This document shows positions 1-5,161 of a stretch of DNA of 5,161 nt, one piece after another. This DNA is from Amoeboradix gromovi X-113 (Eukaryota > Fungi > Sanchytriomycota), in the NCBI GenBank assembly GCA_018985225.1, contig JADGIF010000688.1, positions 1-5,161 on the forward strand, in the 5' to 3' direction. Made by a program: the position numbers and the translations under genes. The notes beneath the pieces are model-generated. The model searched no databases and was not told where the DNA came from. It worked only from the letters and a program-made list of their open reading frames with translations. Numbering within the stretch: the stretch's first letter is position 1; each line of letters opens with the position of its first letter.

Positions 1-109
1 CGCCTCATGTTCCTGCTACTGCCCTTGGACATTATGTTCAGTGGCTCATGCATAGTCCGAAATGAAATGTCCTGTTCCCCAAAAGATATTTGCAAAATAG
101 TAAAAACTG

Positions 110-115
110 TTTATT
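110..115 (-). terminator. Putative polyadenylation signal AATAAA of INO80
   Basis: Minus strand TAG-CT-AATAAA, 2 nt after the stop codon. The hexamer is common in AT-rich DNA, so this is only suggestive. Confidence 0.4.
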
Positions 116-117
116 AG

Positions 118-316
118 CTACTCATCCTCCAGTAATAAATCAGCTACTACCTGCTTAAACTCACCTCCAGCAATCACGGCTCTTTGAATGTCATGTTTTC
201 GTTTCGCCATCTCCAGAACTCTCTCCTCTATAGTGCCTTTCGTAATCAATCTATACACTGTCACCTGCCTTGTTTGCCCTAATCTATGACACCTGTCCAT
301 TGCCTGTTGATCAGCT
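118..316 (-). CDS. INO80: INO80 exon 2: helicase motif VI and C-terminus
   Basis: Reads (T)[33 protein letters not shown]...LLLEDE-TAG, the direct continuation of DWNPT in INO80 proteins. Exon lengths 2888+199 = 3087 nt = 1029 codons including the stop. Confidence 0.93.
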
Positions 317-335
317 CTACGTTAATAGTAAATAC
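317..335 (-). other. 19-nt spliceosomal intron (phase 2) in INO80
   Basis: Minus strand reads CCA AC|GTATTTACTATTAACGTAG|A GCT GAT CAA CAG GCA ATG. It has GT-AG ends, is AT-rich and contains a branch-like TATTAAC. Its removal repairs both the frame and the conserved motif spacing. Confidence 0.9.
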
Positions 336-3223
336 GTTGGGTTCCAATCTTGGTCATAAAATACGACAGTATCTGCAGCAGTTAGATTTATTCCCACTCC
401 TCCTGCTCTCGTGCTTAGCAAAAATATAAATATTTCTTGAGTGTTTTGAAAATTTTGTACTTTTTCATTTCTTTCTTCTATGCTCGTCGATCCATCTAAT
501 CTCACATACTGATACCCTCTAAACGATAGATATTCTTCCATTATATCCATCATTTTAGTCATTTGAAAATATATTAACACTTTGTGGTCATTGTCCTTTA
601 ATTTGGGTAATAAACTATCAAGAACTAACAGTTTACCACTTGCTCTAATTAAGTCCCATATTCCGGGTACTGTCATAAAAGACAAATGTCTTTTACTATC
701 CCCAATTCCTAATCCACATGGCTTGTTGTTGTTTAACAACAAGGTAGCCAGTTCTGTGTCTAATTTGCTTAGCCTGCTCTTTTTATAAACACTAGAAGTA
801 TGCTGATCGTAAAATGACATAGGATATCCATATTCTAACACTATGTGTCTATGCAATCTCTCTGTTCTATCAGCTTTCAGTGAATAATCTATATTGACAG
901 ACTTGAAGGTTATTTCCAAGGGCTCGCAAGTTACTTTTGGAATGTAAAATAAATCAATCGGCGTGTGATATGTGATTAATGGGTTAGGTTTTTCTTGTAA
1001 AGTGGGTAATTCTGTGTTTAGCAGCAACTTAGCAATATGGAACCTGCTGGTGTTGAAACCAGAGCTCCACCAACAATAGTCATTAATCAAATACTCTGGC
1101 GTTAATATGTTTGTGTATTTTGAAAACAGCTTCTCATTTTCTTTTCTCTCAATCAACATTAATCCAAGTAATTTGGGATAACTGGCAATGAACCATTTCC
1201 CTGAATAAAGAAACGATTCGTTCGTGGAATCACAGTTATTGTGTAGCAAATCACCAAAATGCAAAGGACTGATTGCGTCACTTCGTTCGAACAATTCGGG
1301 ATGGTTCGTTATTTTTCTAAAATGCATCATTAGATTCATCAACGTGTCATCAGTCTTATTTGTACTTAGGTTAGCCTTCTCTAACAAATCCTTTAGATTA
1401 ACCTTCTTTTTCAATAACTTGTACATCTTCTTTTGATGATGAGTCAGCGGGCAGGGTACTTCAATTTCTATCTTTTCTGGCAGTTCATTTTCAACATCTG
1501 CTTTAACTCTGCGCAGCATGAAAGGTTTTAATATAGCTTGTAATCTTTTTAACTGATGCTCGTTCATTGATTTTGTGTCACTCTCGATACCTTTACTAAA
1601 CCATTCTGCAAACTCTTGATGATTGTCAAACAATGTTGGCATGATAAAATGTAATAAGGCCCATAGTTCGTGCAAACTGTTCTGAATTGGAGTACCGGTC
1701 AGCAACAGCCGGTTTCTGCAATTAAACTTTAGGAGAGTGTTCCATCTAACAGAACTGGATGATTTAATAGAATGAGCTTCATCCAGAATTAGAAATTGCC
1801 ATTTTAATCGTGATAAATATTGTTGATCTTGAACAGCTAGTTGATACGAAGTAATAACAACATGTGCCTGAGAGTCTTCAGTCCATATGCCCTTGGCGCG
1901 AAACAAAGAGCGCATTGAAGCCCTTTCTTTGGAGGTGCCCCAATAAGGCACAGTTTTAAAGTCAGGAATAAATTTTGAAAATTCATTTTGCCAATTGTGT
2001 AGAGTAGAAGCAGGCGTAACTATCAGAAAAGGGCCCCAAATGTTGTATTTTTCAGCAACATAAGCTAACAAGCTAATACTTTGAACTGTCTTTCCCAAAC
2101 CCATTTCATCTGCTAAAATGCCATTAATACCTTGCTCGTATAAACCTGCTAACCAGTTTAAACCCTTAATTTGATATGATTTCAAGGTGCAATTGAGTTT
2201 CTTTGGTTGCTGGATTTGTTCAACAATTGTAGCACTAACTTGATTAAACTCATTAGCATTCTCTTGGCACTTTAAAAATGCGTTTTGAGCATTGGTCTCT
2301 GCTTGCTTGCGCAACAATTCATCGTTGTCATTATCAAAGTCCACTACAGAAGTAACGCTAGAATTACTTGTATCTATTAGATCCGTTTTTTTACCGATGA
2401 AATGGGAATAGATTTCCGTTTGGGTTAATAAAAAGTTTAGTTTTCTAGCTTGTCTTTGGGATTCTCTCAATTCCTCCAGTGCCTTGTTCTTTTCGAATTG
2501 TTCCTTTTCTGCCTTTTTACGATGTTCCCTTTCTTGTTTGTCTTTTTTACGTATAAAGACACCAACATCTTTTGTAAGCTGCTTACATTTGGATAGCAGA
2601 TCCACATGGCTTATCTGATGTTTGGCAACATCCTTAATATTGTTCAATAACCTCGCATTGAAAGTTTTGGGGAAATGTTTGGCATGCTTAATCACACGCT
2701 TGGATAAAAGGGTCCATTGCTTTAACTCGTTTAACTTTACTCTCTTATCTGGCCTCTCAAGAGCAAATGACGATCTACGTTTAGATGGGATACCATACTC
2801 TTCATCAGAATCCTGGGGGCTCATATGCTCATAATCCACATCATTTATCTCTGGTACCTCTTCGATACTCATCATGTCTTCTTCCACTGGTATCAGTTTG
2901 CTGATTGCACCAGCAACACGATTGTTCTTCAATTGATTATATCTATTACGAATAGTGGAGAGCCTAACTAGTCTCTTGTGCATATATTCCATGATATCTT
3001 TATCGATTGCTTCGTTCATCTTCAACGCTAGCTTCTGACCATACATACTGGTTCTCGCATTTAAAAACGTGTCACCGTTATCAACTTCAAGAATGTCTAG
3101 GGTTTCTGCATTACATACATCTTGTGTAAATTGAAGTATGTCTTGATCCGAATATACCTCGAGCTCCCTCAATATACAGAACAGTTTTGCGAAATCTTGA
3201 GAAGCTATCTCAATCGGATTCAT
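336..3223 (-). CDS. INO80: INO80 chromatin-remodelling ATPase (Snf2 family), exon 1 of 2; spliced product about 1028 aa
   Basis: DBINO/HSA-region signature RQARKLNFLLTQTEIYSHFIGKK. Motif I GINGILADEMGLGKT (GKT at 2087..2095), motif II LDEAH (DEAH at 1772..1783), motif III LLLTGTPIQN. A 214-codon insertion (641..1282) between NHPELFER and SGKL is typical of the INO80/SWR1 group. C-lobe motifs RLDGS and FLLSTRAGGVGINLTAADTVVFYDQDWNP are present. The ORF track starts at a TTG (3253); the first in-frame ATG is at 3223, so the start is likely but unproven. Confidence 0.95.
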
Positions 3224-3500
3224 CAGATGTTTCGATATGAAATGGCAAGTCAAAGTGTCCCGGAGATGGTGAAAATAAATATAAATCTTTTATTGATCAT
3301 TACTAAATTGTTCTTTTGTTTAAAAGCTTTTCAATGTATACCCGTCTTCAAGAAATATATTTTTCAAAAAGTAAAATGTTGCATGAATCTAATATTTAAA
3401 AATTCAAGAATTGTTTTGTTTTGATTTAGTCTCTATACGAATTGATTAAATAACGCTGCATAAATATTCTTAAATGGTTTGAAAATTTGACAGATAATTT
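3224..3500. promoter_or_regulatory. 277-nt AT-rich intergenic spacer expected to hold the MNS1 3' end and the INO80 promoter and 5' UTR
   Basis: Lies between tandem genes and is strongly AT-rich. No specific motif was recognised. Confidence 0.45.
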
Positions 3501-3505
3501 TTATT
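3500..3505 (-). terminator. Putative polyadenylation signal AATAAA overlapping the MNS1 stop codon
   Basis: Minus strand GAA AAA TAA AAA contains AATAAA spanning the TAA stop. Confidence 0.35.
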
Positions 3506-4835
3506 TTTCAATTAATTTAAGGAGCTCCATTTCGGGTACTTTAAGTCGCAAAGAAAACTCAGCAATTATGCTTTGCTTCTCAACGTTCAAAATATCTTGT
3601 TTTTCCTTTTCTATGTTTTGAATCTTCTCTGCTAGTAAACTTTCATTGGCTTTAATCTCTTGGTCCAAATTCTTCTTATATGCAACTAGTTGAGACAACT
3701 CGCTATGATATTCTGCCATTTTACGCTTTTTGGCTGCGATAGTTAACAATTCATTTCTCTTATCTTCTTTCAACTGCTCTACCATGCACTCCCTTTCTTT
3801 TAATTTCTGGCTCCGTTCTAAATTTGAAGAATTTGTTTTCTGAATCAAATGTTGTTTATAAGAATCCAAAAGTACGATTCTGTTCGTAATTCTCTTTTGG
3901 TATTCAAGCTCAATTTTTGCTTTGTCCCTCTCATCTAATTGCGTAATAGCATTTTCAAAGGATAATGACTCCTGTTCCAATCTTTCTTTATCTCTAGCCT
4001 TAATATTCGCAGAGAGTTGCTCATAAATCTTCTCTCTAATTTCATCTAGGGCAGATTTCTTGTAACTTTCAGCAGCAATCTTAGAATCCTTAGCAAGTTG
4101 GTAACTTTTTATTTGCTCGTTTTCCTCTTCTTCCAAACGCCTTTCTTTTTCTCTGTAAATTTCTCTTTCCCGCAAAAACTCTCTGATATAGTCCCTTATT
4201 TGCTCTTTCTCTCTTTGCTTTTGATTGAAAGTCAGCCTGTCTTCATTTTGAATCGTAATTAACAACTCATCAATTAAATTTTTTTCCTTTAGGAATTCTT
4301 GAAAAAGATGCTCTTGACGCTCATCTATTTCGGACATTTGAGAATCGAGACTGTTTCTGTAACATTTTTGCTGCTCTCTTATCATATTTTCTTCTCTTTT
4401 TAACTCCTTTTCATAAGCCAGCACTTTGTGCTCAATCTCATGTTTTAACTTTTCTTTCTCCAGTAGACTTAATTCCTTTTCAATAGAATGTTGGGACATT
4501 TGAATTCTTTGCTGTTTTTTTGTAAGCAGCTCTTGTAACTGAGACTTCAATTTTCGTACCTCATGATGATCTCTAGCAATTTGTTTTAATTTAGATTGTC
4601 TCATTGCTTCTAATCTTTCACGCTCCAGAGCATCTTCCACTTCTTTCTCCCTCTGCGCCAATTTCAATCGTTCTTCCATATTTTTCTTGTCATTAATCAT
4701 TTCTTTGAGTTCATTTTGATCTCTTTCCAATTCTTTAGCTAGCCTATTCTTTCTCCTGAATATGACACGTTTGTCTTGATCTATCATTGATCTAGCTAAA
4801 TTTTCTTCTGTTTGTTTTTGATCGACGTGATACAT
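3501..4835 (-). CDS. MNS1: MNS1-like (meiosis-specific nuclear structural protein 1, TPH-domain) coiled-coil axonemal microtubule inner protein, 444 aa
   Basis: E/K/R/Q-rich coiled coil throughout. Collinear blocks resemble vertebrate MNS1 as I recall it: QEFLKEKNLIDELLITIQNED (cf. EQLLKEKLMIDEIVRKIYEED), DYIREFLREREIYREKERRLEEEENEQI (cf. RYIEEFQKEQALWRKKKREEMEEENRKI) and EDKRNELL (cf. EDDRIELM). ATG at 4835 has an in-frame TGA upstream at 4869..4871. The match is from memory, not from a search. Confidence 0.8.
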   Translation of the reverse strand: MYHVDQKQTEENLARSMIDQDKRVIFRRKNRLAKELERDQNELKEMINDKKNMEERLKLAQREKEVEDALERERLEAMRQSKLKQIARDHHEVRKLKSQLQELLTKKQQRIQMSQHSIEKELSLLEKEKLKHEIEHKVLAYEKELKREENMIREQQKCYRNSLDSQMSEIDERQEHLFQEFLKEKNLIDELLITIQNEDRLTFNQKQREKEQIRDYIREFLREREIYREKERRLEEEENEQIKSYQLAKDSKIAAESYKKSALDEIREKIYEQLSANIKARDKERLEQESLSFENAITQLDERDKAKIELEYQKRITNRIVLLDSYKQHLIQKTNSSNLERSQKLKERECMVEQLKEDKRNELLTIAAKKRKMAEYHSELSQLVAYKKNLDQEIKANESLLAEKIQNIEKEKQDILNVEKQSIIAEFSLRLKVPEMELLKLIEK

Positions 4836-4837
4836 GA

Positions 4838-4870
4838 GAGAAAATGGCTCAAAAAATAGCCAATTTTCTC
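4838..4870. repeat. Inverted repeat or hairpin immediately upstream of the MNS1 start codon
   Basis: Plus strand GAGAAAAT-GGCT (4838..4849), loop CAAAAAAT, AGCC-A-ATTTTCTC (4858..4870). This gives 12 bp with one bulged base and an 8-nt loop. Confidence 0.55.
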
Positions 4871-5161
4871 AAAATAAATTTTAAAGCAAATAATCTGCGC
4901 TATTTAATGTCACAATACTCTTATAAATGAAAGCATTGGGAGGCAGTCGATGGAATGTAGACTGGTGAGCAGGTAAAAGCGGAGCACAAAAAGGACATAA
5001 CGTAGCTATAATATCCTCACACCTCATCAAAATAGTGCACAAAAAATGAAATAATCAGACCACTTTACTTACAAGAAACTCATGATTATCAGTAGAAATG
5101 TCCACTTTAGTTATAGATTCCCTCAAGAAGGTAGTTTCTGCCTTGACATCTGCAATAGAGG

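Noticed and set aside
118-300. The 60-aa ORF as an independent gene, or INO80 as a frameshifted pseudogene
   Set aside because: It is the INO80 C-terminus. A clean GT-AG excision joins it in frame and the rest of the gene has no lesions.
317-335. Stop-codon reassignment (TAG=Gln), readthrough, programmed frameshift or a 1-nt sequencing error as the cause of the break
   Set aside because: Readthrough stays in the wrong frame. A frameshift or indel would leave about six extra residues inside the length-conserved WNPTxDQQ motif. Neither long CDS has internal TAA or TAG codons.
722-743. Perfect 9-bp inverted repeat CTTGTTGTT-GTTT-AACAACAAG
   Set aside because: Low-complexity sequence explained by the codons for LLLNNNK within the CDS.
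2344-2367. Possible in-frame 24-nt intron GTAATTCTAGCGTTACTTCTGTAG in an INO80 linker
   Set aside because: It causes no frame or stop disruption, has no TAAC branch motif and lies in a non-conserved linker, so it cannot be supported without RNA data.
3224-3303. TTG start at 3253, or a 17-nt intron GTAATGATCAATAAAAG (3287..3303) extending INO80 upstream
   Set aside because: TTG starts are unusual in eukaryotes. Splicing the 17-mer leads upstream to an in-frame TGA with no ATG in between.
3250-3384. Upstream minus-strand mini-ORFs (3250..3300, 16 aa; 3364..3384, 6 aa) as regulatory uORFs
   Set aside because: The TSS is unknown and such ORFs are expected by chance in AT-rich spacers.
582-3424. 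Plus-strand ORFs 582..788, 1224..1436, 2622..2834 and 3122..3424
   Set aside because: They are short, begin with non-ATG codons, lie antisense to INO80 and show no recognisable motifs, so they are shadow ORFs.
4973-4980. Minus-strand GCTTTTAC resembling U5 snRNA loop I (GCCUUUUAC)
   Set aside because: One base is missing from an invariant loop and the flanks do not form the closing stem.
1-5161. Prokaryotic defence system, CRISPR array, mobile element, tRNA or rRNA
   Set aside because: Both genes are eukaryote-specific. I saw no spaced repeats, terminal repeats, transposase motifs or RNA-gene signatures.

Overview
AT-rich, gene-dense eukaryotic nuclear DNA read with the standard genetic code. 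Two tandem minus-strand genes fill most of the window. The first is a compact INO80 chromatin-remodelling ATPase of about 1028 aa, join(118..316,336..3223). The second is an apparently intronless MNS1-like coiled-coil axonemal protein (3501..4835). The ORF track shows INO80 in two pieces because it is split by an apparent 19-nt GT-AG spliceosomal intron (317..335). Removing exactly those 19 nt restores the conserved WNPTxDQQAMDR motif, and this ultra-short intron is the main finding. A fungal-looking INO80 next to a ciliary gene suggests a flagellated, genome-compacted opisthokont such as an early-diverging fungal lineage (inference only). Both window edges may hold fragments of further genes that cannot be resolved here.
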